From Sulfurihydrogenibium sp. (lineage in GTDB: Bacteria; Aquificota; Aquificia; Aquificales; Hydrogenothermaceae), in assembly GCA_037442825.1 (NCBI GenBank), contig JBBIPN010000002.1, forward strand, positions 1 through 61,988: a DNA stretch of 61,988 nt. The letters are read 5' to 3'. The notes beneath the pieces are model-generated. The model saw only the letters and a program-made list of their open reading frames with translations, searched no databases and had not been told where the DNA came from. A program made the translations under genes and the position numbers. Positions within the stretch are counted from its first letter, which is position 1; the number at the start of each line of letters is the position of its first letter. Below, one piece after another: positions 1 through 8,487 of this stretch.

Positions 1-150
1 CATATGCAATAAAACATCTTCTTCAGATGGATCTTTAAAAGTATTTAATATTACTTCTTTATTAAATATATCTTTTATTTTTTGAGAGAAAATTTCCCAT
101 TTTTTTATGCCTTTCCCTGTATCATGAAAGCAAATCGCTAAGCTTATCAT
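1..150 (-). CDS. 5' part of an unidentified protein (runs off window edge)
   Basis: Hand translation from ATG at 150 gives MISLAICFHDTGKGIKKWEIFSQKIKDIFNKEVILNTFKDPSEEDVLLHM..., open to the edge; GAGG SD at 166-163; divergent from the che operon. Confidence 0.65.
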   Translation of the reverse strand, partial: MISLAICFHDTGKGIKKWEIFSQKIKDIFNKEVILNTFKDPSEEDVLLHM

Positions 151-248
151 AAGGAAAATCTACCTCAAAATTTTTTATTTTTTTTATTTTTATTATATAA
201 TAAAAACAATAATAGATAATCTATTAAAAAATCAAGGAGGTTGATACA

Positions 249-464
249 ATTAAAAAAATTGCAAAACAAAGTAATCTACTTGCATTAAATGCTGCTATTG
301 AAGCTGCAAGAGTTGGCGAAATAGGGAAAGGATTTTCAGTTGTAGCAAGTGAATTTAGAAAACTTGCAGATGATACAAACAAAATAGCTACAGATATAGC
401 TATACAAATTTCCCATTTGGAGGAGAAGATAAAAGAGTATGAAAAGAAATGTAAGGAGGGTTAA
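249..464 (+). CDS. Minimal chemoreceptor signalling-tip protein (~71 aa), probable ATT start; alternatively an MCP remnant
   Basis: Not in ORF track. Frame 228-464 encodes [40 protein letters not shown], the canonical MCP hairpin tip; AAGGAGG at 234-240 is followed after an 8-nt spacer by in-frame ATT at 249; in-frame TAA at 225-227 rules out a longer ORF. Confidence 0.7.
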   Translation: MKKIAKQSNLLALNAAIEAARVGEIGKGFSVVASEFRKLADDTNKIATDIAIQISHLEEKIKEYEKKCKEG

Positions 465-467
465 ACG

Positions 468-1409
468 ATGGAGTATGGGCTTCCAGAGACGCTAAAGACA
501 GGACAAAATGAACTTGAGATAATAGATTTTAGAATATTTGAAAAAAAAGATGATGGTAGTATATACCAGTGGATACTTGGTGTTAACGTTGCAAAAGTTA
601 GAGAAGTACTGAGAATGCCTAACCTAACAAAAGTTCCAAATATGCCAAAAGAAATAGAAGGATTAGCTGAGATAAGGGGAGAGCTTATTCCAGTAGTAAG
701 TATCGCTAAATGGATTGGTATCCCAGAACCAGAAGAGTTTAAAAAATACTTACTTTTTATGGAATTTTTAAGGGAAAAAGTAGGAATTATTATCCACGGT
801 GCTAAAAGAATAAGGAGAATAAGATGGTCTGACATAAAAAAAGCACCAGATGTACTAAATACTAAACTAAATGGTAGAATAACAGGTGTAGTAGATACAG
901 AAGAAGGGCTTCTTTTAATTCTTGATTTTGAAGGTATTCTAAATGATATGAACTTATTACAGGTATTTAGAACTTCCGAAGAAGAGACATTTACAGCCAA
1001 AAGAAAACTAAAAATCTTAGTGGCCGAAGATTCTGCAGTAGCAAGAAAGATTATTAAAGATATATTAGAAAATGCTGGACATGAAGTTATAATAACAGAA
1101 AGTGGGAAACAAGCTTGGGAAAAATTAAATCAGCTATTTGATAAAGCAAAATCTGAAGGCAAAAATATAAAAGACTATATCGATTTAGTATTGACAGATA
1201 TAGAAATGCCAGAGATGGACGGTTTAACATTAACAAACTTAATAAAACATACACCAGGATTTTTAAACCTTCCTGTTATAATAAACACAACATTATCTGA
1301 TGATGCAAATAAACAAAAAGCTTTATTAGTAGGATCAGATGATTATTTAGTAAAATTTGATTCTACACACTTACTAGAACTGGTAGATAAACACGGAGGT
1401 AAACAATGA
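468..1409 (+). CDS. cheV: Chemotaxis protein CheV (CheW + receiver domain)
   Basis: N-terminal CheW domain (GVNVAKVREV, RGELIPVV) plus receiver domain (AEDS, LTDIEMPEMDG); AAGGAGG SD. Confidence 0.95.
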   Translation: MEYGLPETLKTGQNELEIIDFRIFEKKDDGSIYQWILGVNVAKVREVLRMPNLTKVPNMPKEIEGLAEIRGELIPVVSIAKWIGIPEPEEFKKYLLFMEFLREKVGIIIHGAKRIRRIRWSDIKKAPDVLNTKLNGRITGVVDTEEGLLLILDFEGILNDMNLLQVFRTSEEETFTAKRKLKILVAEDSAVARKIIKDILENAGHEVIITESGKQAWEKLNQLFDKAKSEGKNIKDYIDLVLTDIEMPEMDGLTLTNLIKHTPGFLNLPVIINTTLSDDANKQKALLVGSDDYLVKFDSTHLLELVDKHGGKQ

Positions 1410-3340
1410 TACCTGATGAATTAAAGGAGATTTTTGAAGAATTTGTCTTAGAAGCAAAAGAACATCTTGAAAACCTTGAAAATAAACTTCTTGAAATAGA
1501 GAAAGATTCAGATAATCCAGAACTTCTAAATGCTGCCTTTAGAAGTATGCATACAATAAAAGGAGGTGCTGGTTTTTTAGGTTTAACAGCAATAGTAGAA
1601 ACTGCCCACAAAGCTGAAGATATACTTGGAAAGTTAAAAGAAGGGAAACTGAAATTTTCACCAGAAACTGGAGATATACTTTTAAAAGCCGTAGACTTTA
1701 TAAAAGAGGCTATAAGATTTTATGAAGATGGCGAAACGGTAGAAACAGATCCATACCTTATAAAAGAGCTAACATATATACTGAGAGAAAAAAAGCAAAA
1801 CGTAGAAGAAAAATCTGAAACTAATATTGATAGTTTACTGAAAAAGTATGGATTAGAATATCTTATTGGAAAACCTATAGAAGAAATTTTAGAAGAACTT
1901 GTATTACTACCACCAAGTAAAAGACCACAAGAAATAGTAGATTATATAGATAGTTTATTATCTGAAAGTGAAGAAGAAATATCAGATAATACTTTAATAA
2001 AAGTAGTAGAAGAAGAAGCCGCACAAAAAATGCTTCAAATGGTAGAAGAAGAGATTATAAGAGAAGATCTAAAAGAAGATAAAAATAATAATCAAGAAAT
2101 TAAACCTAAAGAAATTACAAAGCAAGAAACAAAACCAAAGACTCCATCTAAAAAGGAAGATGAAGAGAGAGTTTTAAGAATAGATGTTCAAAAGATAGAA
2201 GATTTAATGAACCTTGTTGGGGAACTTGTTTTAGATAGAAACAGGCTTATAAGAACTGTTCAAGAGATAGTTCAAAATACAACTTCAAATAAATATATAG
2301 AAGAGTTGGAAGCTGTAGCATCTTCTATTGATAAAATTGTAGGAGATCTACAACTTGCAGTAATGAAAACGAGAATGCAACCTGTAAAAAGACTATTTCA
2401 AAAGTTTACAAGGGTAGTAAGAGATTTATCTAAAATAGTAGGCAAAGAAGTTGAACTTGTTATTATTGGTGAAGATACAGAAATGGATAAATCTATTCTT
2501 GAAAAATTAGAAGAACCCCTTGTTCATATAATTAGAAATGCTTTAGATCACGGGATAGAAACACCAGAAGAAAGAAGGATACTCGGTAAAAATCCAGTAG
2601 GTAAAATTATATTAAAAGCATACTATCAAGGAGATAGAGTTTATATTGAAATTGAAGATGATGGAAAAGGTATAGATCCCCAAAAAGTTGCTCAAAAAGC
2701 ATTAGAAAAAGGATTAATAACGAAAGAACAACTAGAAAAATTAACGGAGAAAGAAATTTTACAACTTGTATTCATACCTGGATTTTCTACAAAAGATCAA
2801 GTTTCTGAAATATCAGGACGTGGTGTAGGTATGGATGCTGTTATGAATACTGTCCTTAATTTTAGAGGAACGATAGATATATGGAGTGAAAAAGGAAAAG
2901 GAACAAAAATCAGTATGGCATTCCCTCTAACAGTTGGAATTATTAGGTCATTACTTGTAAGTGTAAGTGGTAGAAGATTTGCAATACCAATTTTCTTAGT
3001 TACAGAGATACTTTCTGTTGAAAACGTTGAAATAAAACATCTTTCAGGTAAAGATGTGTTAATACTTAGAGAAAAAGCTTTACCTTTGATTAATCTATAT
3101 GAAATGTTAAAAATACCACCATCAAAAACTGGATATGTTATTGTATGTTTAATAGGAAACCAAAGGGTAGCATTTACTATTGAAGACCTCTATGGTGATG
3201 AAGAGATTGTAGTTAAACCTCTTGGAAAAATATTTGGAAATTTAAATGGTATTTCAGGAGCTACGATTACTGGAGATGGAAAGATTGTTTTAATATTAGA
3301 TATTGTTGAACTTTTAAAAAATAAAAATTTACGAATATAA
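1406..3340 (+). CDS. cheA: Chemotaxis histidine kinase CheA
   Basis: HPt FRSMHTIKGGAGFLG, dimerisation LMNLVGELV, HATPase HIIRNALDHGIE / GFST / SGRGVGMD, C-terminal CheW-like domain. Confidence 0.97.
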   Translation: MIPDELKEIFEEFVLEAKEHLENLENKLLEIEKDSDNPELLNAAFRSMHTIKGGAGFLGLTAIVETAHKAEDILGKLKEGKLKFSPETGDILLKAVDFIKEAIRFYEDGETVETDPYLIKELTYILREKKQNVEEKSETNIDSLLKKYGLEYLIGKPIEEILEELVLLPPSKRPQEIVDYIDSLLSESEEEISDNTLIKVVEEEAAQKMLQMVEEEIIREDLKEDKNNNQEIKPKEITKQETKPKTPSKKEDEERVLRIDVQKIEDLMNLVGELVLDRNRLIRTVQEIVQNTTSNKYIEELEAVASSIDKIVGDLQLAVMKTRMQPVKRLFQKFTRVVRDLSKIVGKEVELVIIGEDTEMDKSILEKLEEPLVHIIRNALDHGIETPEERRILGKNPVGKIILKAYYQGDRVYIEIEDDGKGIDPQKVAQKALEKGLITKEQLEKLTEKEILQLVFIPGFSTKDQVSEISGRGVGMDAVMNTVLNFRGTIDIWSEKGKGTKISMAFPLTVGIIRSLLVSVSGRRFAIPIFLVTEILSVENVEIKHLSGKDVLILREKALPLINLYEMLKIPPSKTGYVIVCLIGNQRVAFTIEDLYGDEEIVVKPLGKIFGNLNGISGATITGDGKIVLILDIVELLKNKNLRI

Positions 3341-3352
3341 GAGGTGAGGAAT

Positions 3353-3823
3353 ATGGAAATAGTAAAAGCTCCTAAATCTGCAGCTGCTTTATATGGACAG
3401 CAAGAAATCAAAGTATTAGAGTTTTTAGGTGTAAAAATAGAAGATGAGTTTATAGGAATATCATTAAAAAATGTTTTAGAAATTTCTAAAATATTAGAAA
3501 TATTCCCTGTACCATTATCCCCATCTTATATAAAAGGTGTTATAAACCTTAGAGGTGAGATTTTACCAGTAATATCAATAAAGGAAATGATAAATATAAA
3601 TGAATCAAAACAATCAACAAGACTTATAATAATCGAAACAAATTTAGGTAAGTTGGCTATCATGGTAGATGAAGTTTACGGCGTTATTAGAATAAGTGAA
3701 GATCAGTTAGAACCAAATCCTATGACAAGTATATACAGTGATTATATCTCAAATGTAGCACAGATAAAACATGGATTTATTAGTATAATAGATTTAGATA
3801 AATTATTTCCAAGTAGGGGATAA
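3353..3823 (+). CDS. cheW: Chemotaxis scaffold CheW
   Basis: GVINLRGEILPVI motif; ATG 3353 preferred over GTG 3344 on SD spacing. Confidence 0.92.
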   Translation: MEIVKAPKSAAALYGQQEIKVLEFLGVKIEDEFIGISLKNVLEISKILEIFPVPLSPSYIKGVINLRGEILPVISIKEMININESKQSTRLIIIETNLGKLAIMVDEVYGVIRISEDQLEPNPMTSIYSDYISNVAQIKHGFISIIDLDKLFPSRG

Positions 3824-4305
3824 TGGCAAAAAGTTTATTTTTGCTAAAAACTATAGAATTTATAAACAATAAAAGGATGGAGCTGTTTCAAAGTATGTTT
3901 TATAACCTTTATGAAAAGTATAATGGAAACCCAGATATGTTTGTAGAAGATTGGTTTGAAAAGTATGTATACTATACGTTAAGAAAATATCTTAAAGACG
4001 ATTTTTTTAAAGAAGATTTTGAAGAATTTTATTCAAAGCAGAAAAAAATTTTAAAATCATATATAAAAGCTTATTGGGCTTTTTGTAATAATCCAGATGC
4101 AAAACCTTATTATGTAAAAGAATCTATGAACTTTTTTAATATAGAAAAGTTAAACGTTCAAGAGCTAAAAAAAGCCTACAGAGAGATGGTAAAAAAGTAT
4201 CATCCAGATGTATACCCAGATAAAAAAGAAGGAACATTGAAAATGATAGAAATAAATCATCATTACCAAATACTAAAAGCATATATAGAAAATATGGGAG
4301 GATAA
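3823..4305 (+). CDS. J-domain (DnaJ-like) protein with C-terminal J domain
   Basis: ELKKAYREMVKKYHPD...MIEINHHYQILK is a J domain with intact HPD; TAATG coupling to cheW. Confidence 0.85.
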   Translation: MAKSLFLLKTIEFINNKRMELFQSMFYNLYEKYNGNPDMFVEDWFEKYVYYTLRKYLKDDFFKEDFEEFYSKQKKILKSYIKAYWAFCNNPDAKPYYVKESMNFFNIEKLNVQELKKAYREMVKKYHPDVYPDKKEGTLKMIEINHHYQILKAYIENMGG

Positions 4306-4308
4306 ATT

Positions 4309-4869
4309 ATGGAAGATTTAAAATCTGTTATAAAATCAATATTAGAAGAAGTTAAAACATTAGAACAAAAAATTGATGAAACCACAAAAAAAGCAGTAGA
4401 AATAGGTAATATAGTTACACCTTCTACCACAGAAAGTTTAAGAGAAGTAATAAAGTTTACAGAAGAAAATTCGAATAAGATTATATCAGAAATAGATAAA
4501 GTAGAAGAAAACTGCAAAATAATAGATAAAGAAGTTCATATACTTTTACAGTTAAATCCTTTAGATAGTATTAAAACAAAATTAGAGACAATTAGAGATA
4601 AAAATACTGAAAATATGAAAATTCTTTTAAAGGTATACGAACTTTTTTCATTTCAAGATTTATCTGCTCAGCAGATAAAAGAAGTTATAAATATACTTGA
4701 GGAAACAAAAAAACATCTTTTAAATTTAGCTGTGGCTTCAATAGAGGTATCCCAAGATTTAACAGAAGAAGAAAAAAAAGTTGTATCAGGAAAGGTACAT
4801 GAACTTTTAACAGGTGAAAGAATTTTTCAAGAAGATGTAGACAAACTATTAGAAGAATTAGGATTATAA
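4309..4869 (+). CDS. cheZ: CheZ-family CheY-P phosphatase (divergent)
   Basis: SFQDLSAQQI (DxxxQ catalytic motif) and C-terminal QEDVDKLLEELGL CheY-binding peptide; directly upstream of cheY. Confidence 0.8.
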   Translation: MEDLKSVIKSILEEVKTLEQKIDETTKKAVEIGNIVTPSTTESLREVIKFTEENSNKIISEIDKVEENCKIIDKEVHILLQLNPLDSIKTKLETIRDKNTENMKILLKVYELFSFQDLSAQQIKEVINILEETKKHLLNLAVASIEVSQDLTEEEKKVVSGKVHELLTGERIFQEDVDKLLEELGL

Positions 4870-4879
4870 GGAGGAAGAA

Positions 4880-5275
4880 ATGAGCTTTCCAGTTACTTCA
4901 AGAATGTTAACAGTAGATGATATGGCTACAATGAGAAAGATAATTAAAAGTTTACTAAATCAGCTTGGATATACAAACATAGACGAAGCTGAAAATGGAA
5001 AAGAAGCACTCGCAAAATTAAAACAAAATAGATATGAATTAGTTTTACTTGATTGGAATATGCCAGAAATGGATGGTATTACTTTACTTAAAGAAATAAG
5101 AAAAGATCCACAGCTAAAAGATATCCCGGTAATCATGGTAACTGCAGAAGCAAAAAAAGAAAACGTACTGCTTGCTATACAAACAGGAGCAAATAACTAT
5201 ATAGTAAAACCATTTACAGCAGAAACATTAAAAGAAAAACTTGAAAAAGTATGGGCACAGATTAGTGATAAATAG
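4880..5275 (+). CDS. cheY: Chemotaxis response regulator CheY
   Basis: VDD, LDWNMPEMDG, VTAEA, YIVKPF. Confidence 0.96.
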   Translation: MSFPVTSRMLTVDDMATMRKIIKSLLNQLGYTNIDEAENGKEALAKLKQNRYELVLLDWNMPEMDGITLLKEIRKDPQLKDIPVIMVTAEAKKENVLLAIQTGANNYIVKPFTAETLKEKLEKVWAQISDK

Positions 5276-5284
5276 AGGTAAACA

Positions 5285-6301
5285 ATGAATAAACAAAAAT
5301 TATCTGGTGTTGAAAAAGCTGCTATACTTTTATCTATACTACCAGAAGATAAAAATATTAAAATTTTTAAACACTTAAAACAGACGGAATTAGAAAAAGT
5401 TGTCAAAGCACTTTTAACACTTGAAGAACCATCAAGTGAAAAAATAAAAGAGATAATCCAAGAAGCATATAAACTACTATCTGAAGTAGCACCATTAAAA
5501 CTATTACCTGAAAATTTAAGGAAAATTTTAGAAAAAGCATTACCACCTGATAAAGTTAAAGAACTTTTTGAAGGTTTGGTAATGGCTGAAGAAGGAAAAA
5601 AAATTTTTCAAGAGCTTGAGAAACTCCCTTCAAAAGTTGTTGCAAATTTAATAAAAAACGAGCATCCTCAAGTTATAGCTTTAATTTTAACCCAGTTAAA
5701 ACCCCCAAAAGCAGCTGAAATTATACAGTATTTACCAAGAAGACAAGGAATATCAAACGTACAAGAAGAAGTAATAAAAAGAATAGCCACATTAGAAAAA
5801 GTATCGTCTAATATGATAAAAACAGTTGCAGATTCTTTAGAAGAAGAGATGTATACATTAGGAGCTGGAAAAGAAGAAATGTTAAGTGGAATAGATATTT
5901 CTGCCGAAATAGTAAACAACTTACCAAAAGAGTTGTCTCAAGAGTTGTTAGATGAAATTAGAAAAGAAGCACCAACATTAGCAGATAGTATAGAAGAACG
6001 TATGTTTAAATTTGAAGATATTATCAAACTTGATAATAGAGCTATTATGGAAATACTTAAAGCGGTTGACAAAAATGATCTTCTTGTTGCACTAAAAGGA
6101 GCACCACAAGAAATAATTGATAAATTTACTGCTAATATGTCTAAGAGAGCTTCTCAGATGTTTTTGGAAGATATGGAAGTTCTTGGATCTGTTAAAAAAT
6201 CTGATGTTGAAAATGCAAAAAAGAAAATTATTCAGGTTATCAAAAATTTAATTCAAACAGGTGTAATTGAGTATGGTGCTGGTAGCGAAGAGATGTTCTA
6301 A
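5285..6301 (+). CDS. fliG: Flagellar motor switch protein FliG
   Basis: EKAAILL, EHPQ, MFKFEDI, NMSKRA motifs. Confidence 0.96.
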   Translation: MNKQKLSGVEKAAILLSILPEDKNIKIFKHLKQTELEKVVKALLTLEEPSSEKIKEIIQEAYKLLSEVAPLKLLPENLRKILEKALPPDKVKELFEGLVMAEEGKKIFQELEKLPSKVVANLIKNEHPQVIALILTQLKPPKAAEIIQYLPRRQGISNVQEEVIKRIATLEKVSSNMIKTVADSLEEEMYTLGAGKEEMLSGIDISAEIVNNLPKELSQELLDEIRKEAPTLADSIEERMFKFEDIIKLDNRAIMEILKAVDKNDLLVALKGAPQEIIDKFTANMSKRASQMFLEDMEVLGSVKKSDVENAKKKIIQVIKNLIQTGVIEYGAGSEEMF

Positions 6302-6320
6302 ATTATGGAGGAATTTATAA

Positions 6321-7277
6321 ATGTCAGACTTTCTTTCGCAAGATGAGATAGATGCTTTATTAGGTAGTGAAAAAAAAGAATCTGTAAAAGAATCAAAAGA
6401 GAAAAAATTTGACATTAATAGATTTCAAAAGATTCAGAAAGGTGGATTTGGTGGTCTAGAACTTCTTTTTGAAAAATGGACTAAGATAGTAAGAGAAGAA
6501 ATAAGAATTGAACTTCCCGTTATAAATATGATAAGTAAAGGAAAGATTTCGGTAATGAGATTTGGTGATTATCTTATAAAAATACCATTACCTGCTTCTT
6601 ATACTATATTTGCTATGAAACCTTTAAAGGAATCAGCACTACTTGTAATAGACTCGAGGGTCGTTTTTAATTTGGTAAGTGCTATATTTGGTGGTGGTGC
6701 TAAACCATTTAAAATAGAAGGAAGAGAATTCACTAAACTTGAAATGAGAATTGTTGAAAAGCTTGTAGATATAGTTTTAACTACTTTTGAGAAAATTTGG
6801 CAAGATGTTTATTCAATTGAAATAGAAAGGAAAAGTATAGAACTAAACCCATTTTTAGTAAGGATAATACCACCTTCTGAGAAAGTAATAGTTGCAGAAA
6901 TTTTAGTAGATATTGAAGGTGTAGAAGTACCATTTACTTTTGCTTTTCCTCAGATGCTATTTTTACCTATTAAAGATATAATATACTCAGAAAATTTAAA
7001 TGCAGAAATACCAAAAGAATGGATAAACGATATAATATATAAAATACTAAGAGTAAAACTAAAAACAACATTAGAATTAGATAAAATAGTTTTTAGTGTA
7101 AGAGAAATTTTAAAACTTGAAAAAGGAAATGAGATTATACTAAACAAAGGTTTAAATGATGAACTAAACTTTCTTATAGAAAATAAAGTTAAATTTAAAG
7201 CAAAACTTGGGAAAATTGATAAAAAATTTGCTGCAATGATAGTATCAAAAATAGAAAAGGAGAAAGAAAATGGATGA
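6321..7277 (+). CDS. fliM: Flagellar motor switch protein FliM
   Basis: N-terminal LSQDEIDALL CheY-P-binding motif, FGGG, REFT, C-terminal SpoA domain. Confidence 0.95.
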   Translation: MSDFLSQDEIDALLGSEKKESVKESKEKKFDINRFQKIQKGGFGGLELLFEKWTKIVREEIRIELPVINMISKGKISVMRFGDYLIKIPLPASYTIFAMKPLKESALLVIDSRVVFNLVSAIFGGGAKPFKIEGREFTKLEMRIVEKLVDIVLTTFEKIWQDVYSIEIERKSIELNPFLVRIIPPSEKVIVAEILVDIEGVEVPFTFAFPQMLFLPIKDIIYSENLNAEIPKEWINDIIYKILRVKLKTTLELDKIVFSVREILKLEKGNEIILNKGLNDELNFLIENKVKFKAKLGKIDKKFAAMIVSKIEKEKENG

Positions 7278-7758
7278 TATAGAAAAGAAAGAAGAAGATC
7301 AAGAAGATTTAGCTCAACAATGGGCTGATATGCTACAACAAGAAAATGAAGAAGAAAAGAAGGAAGATCAAGAAGATTTAGCTCAACAATGGGCTGATAT
7401 GCTACAACAAAAAGACAATGAGGAAGTTATATCAAAAGAAACAGTTAAAACAGAATCAAAAGCAGGAGTAAATCCAGAGATATTAAAAAAATTAGATGTA
7501 ATATTAGATTTACCGGTAAATGTTACTGTTGAAGTAGGTTCTAAAATACTATCAATAGAGGAAATGTTAAAACTTACTCCCAACTCTGTGATAGATTTAG
7601 ATAGATATTTAAATGAACCAATAGATCTAAAAGTTAATGGAGTTCTTATAGCAAAAGGAGAACTTTACCAAGTAGAAGACAACTTTGCAATAAAAATTAC
7701 AGAAATATTAACAAAAGAGGAAAGAGTAAACTTATTATCAAAACAGGTAGGTAAGTAA
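7270..7758 (+). CDS. fliN: Flagellar motor switch protein FliN
   Basis: C-terminal SpoA domain (ILDLPVNVTVEVG...NGVLIAKGE); acidic N-terminal extension. Confidence 0.92.
   Translation: MDDIEKKEEDQEDLAQQWADMLQQENEEEKKEDQEDLAQQWADMLQQKDNEEVISKETVKTESKAGVNPEILKKLDVILDLPVNVTVEVGSKILSIEEMLKLTPNSVIDLDRYLNEPIDLKVNGVLIAKGELYQVEDNFAIKITEILTKEERVNLLSKQVGK
7294..7410 (+). repeat. Exact 48-bp direct repeat (7294-7341 and 7363-7410) within fliN
   Basis: gaagatcaagaagatttagctcaacaatgggctgatatgctacaacaa twice, period 69 bp, encoding EDQEDLAQQWADMLQQ. Confidence 0.97.
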
Positions 7759-7759
7759 G

Positions 7760-8470
7760 ATGGCTATAAACTTCCAACCTATATACATATTAGCATCTGG
7801 TAGCGAAAGGGCAGTAGATCAGTTAGATGCTATAACAAACAACATATCAAATTCAAATACACCAGGTTTTAAAAAAATACTTCTAAGAGAGATGAGCCAA
7901 AAAATAGAAGAAAACAAAGGACCAGCAAATGATTTGTTAGTATTTCCAAGATTTAGAGATACAGCTGTAATAAATTCTCAAGGGTCATTAATTAAAACTG
8001 ATAATCCATTAGATATAGCGATAGAAGGTGATGGATTTTTCACTGTTGAAAGTGGAATAGGAAGATTTTATACCAGAAACGGACACTTTCACATAAACCA
8101 AGATGGATTTTTAGTAGATGTAAACGGTGCTTATATTTTAGATGAAAACAATCAAAGAATAAGATTAGAAAACAGTAAATTTAACATAACTCAAAAAGGA
8201 GAAATATATCAAAATGGTCAAATAATAAGAAAATTAAGAATTGTAAATCTTCAAAATTTAGAAGCAGTAGGAAATTCTTACTATACAGGACAAGAAACCC
8301 AAGCTAACAATTATTCCTTAAGACAAGGATTCCTTGAAAATGCCAATTTAAGTATTATTAAAGAAATGACCGAAATGATAAATAGTCATAGAAGATTTGA
8401 TATATATATGAACCTTGTAAAGTCTTTAGATATGTTAGAAGGAAAAGTTAACGAAATAGGAAAAGCTTAA
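7760..8470 (+). CDS. flgF: Flagellar basal-body rod protein FlgF
   Basis: NNISNSNTPGFK, DIAIEGDGFF, YTRNG, QGFLE; precedes flgG. Confidence 0.85.
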   Translation: MAINFQPIYILASGSERAVDQLDAITNNISNSNTPGFKKILLREMSQKIEENKGPANDLLVFPRFRDTAVINSQGSLIKTDNPLDIAIEGDGFFTVESGIGRFYTRNGHFHINQDGFLVDVNGAYILDENNQRIRLENSKFNITQKGEIYQNGQIIRKLRIVNLQNLEAVGNSYYTGQETQANNYSLRQGFLENANLSIIKEMTEMINSHRRFDIYMNLVKSLDMLEGKVNEIGKA

Positions 8471-8487
8471 ATAAGGAGGTTTTAATC

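Noticed and set aside
1..150. HDTGK resembles the HD motif of Cas3-type nucleases
   Set aside because: It lies at residue 9 with no preceding His-containing helix, only 50 aa are visible, and no cas genes or CRISPR repeats are in the window
241..288. TTG directly after AAGGAGG as the start of the first ORF
   Set aside because: Zero SD spacing, a different frame from the MCP-like sequence, and a stop after 15 codons
7294..7410. Direct repeat as a possible CRISPR array
   Set aside because: Only two copies, in frame within fliN, 21-nt spacer, no cas genes
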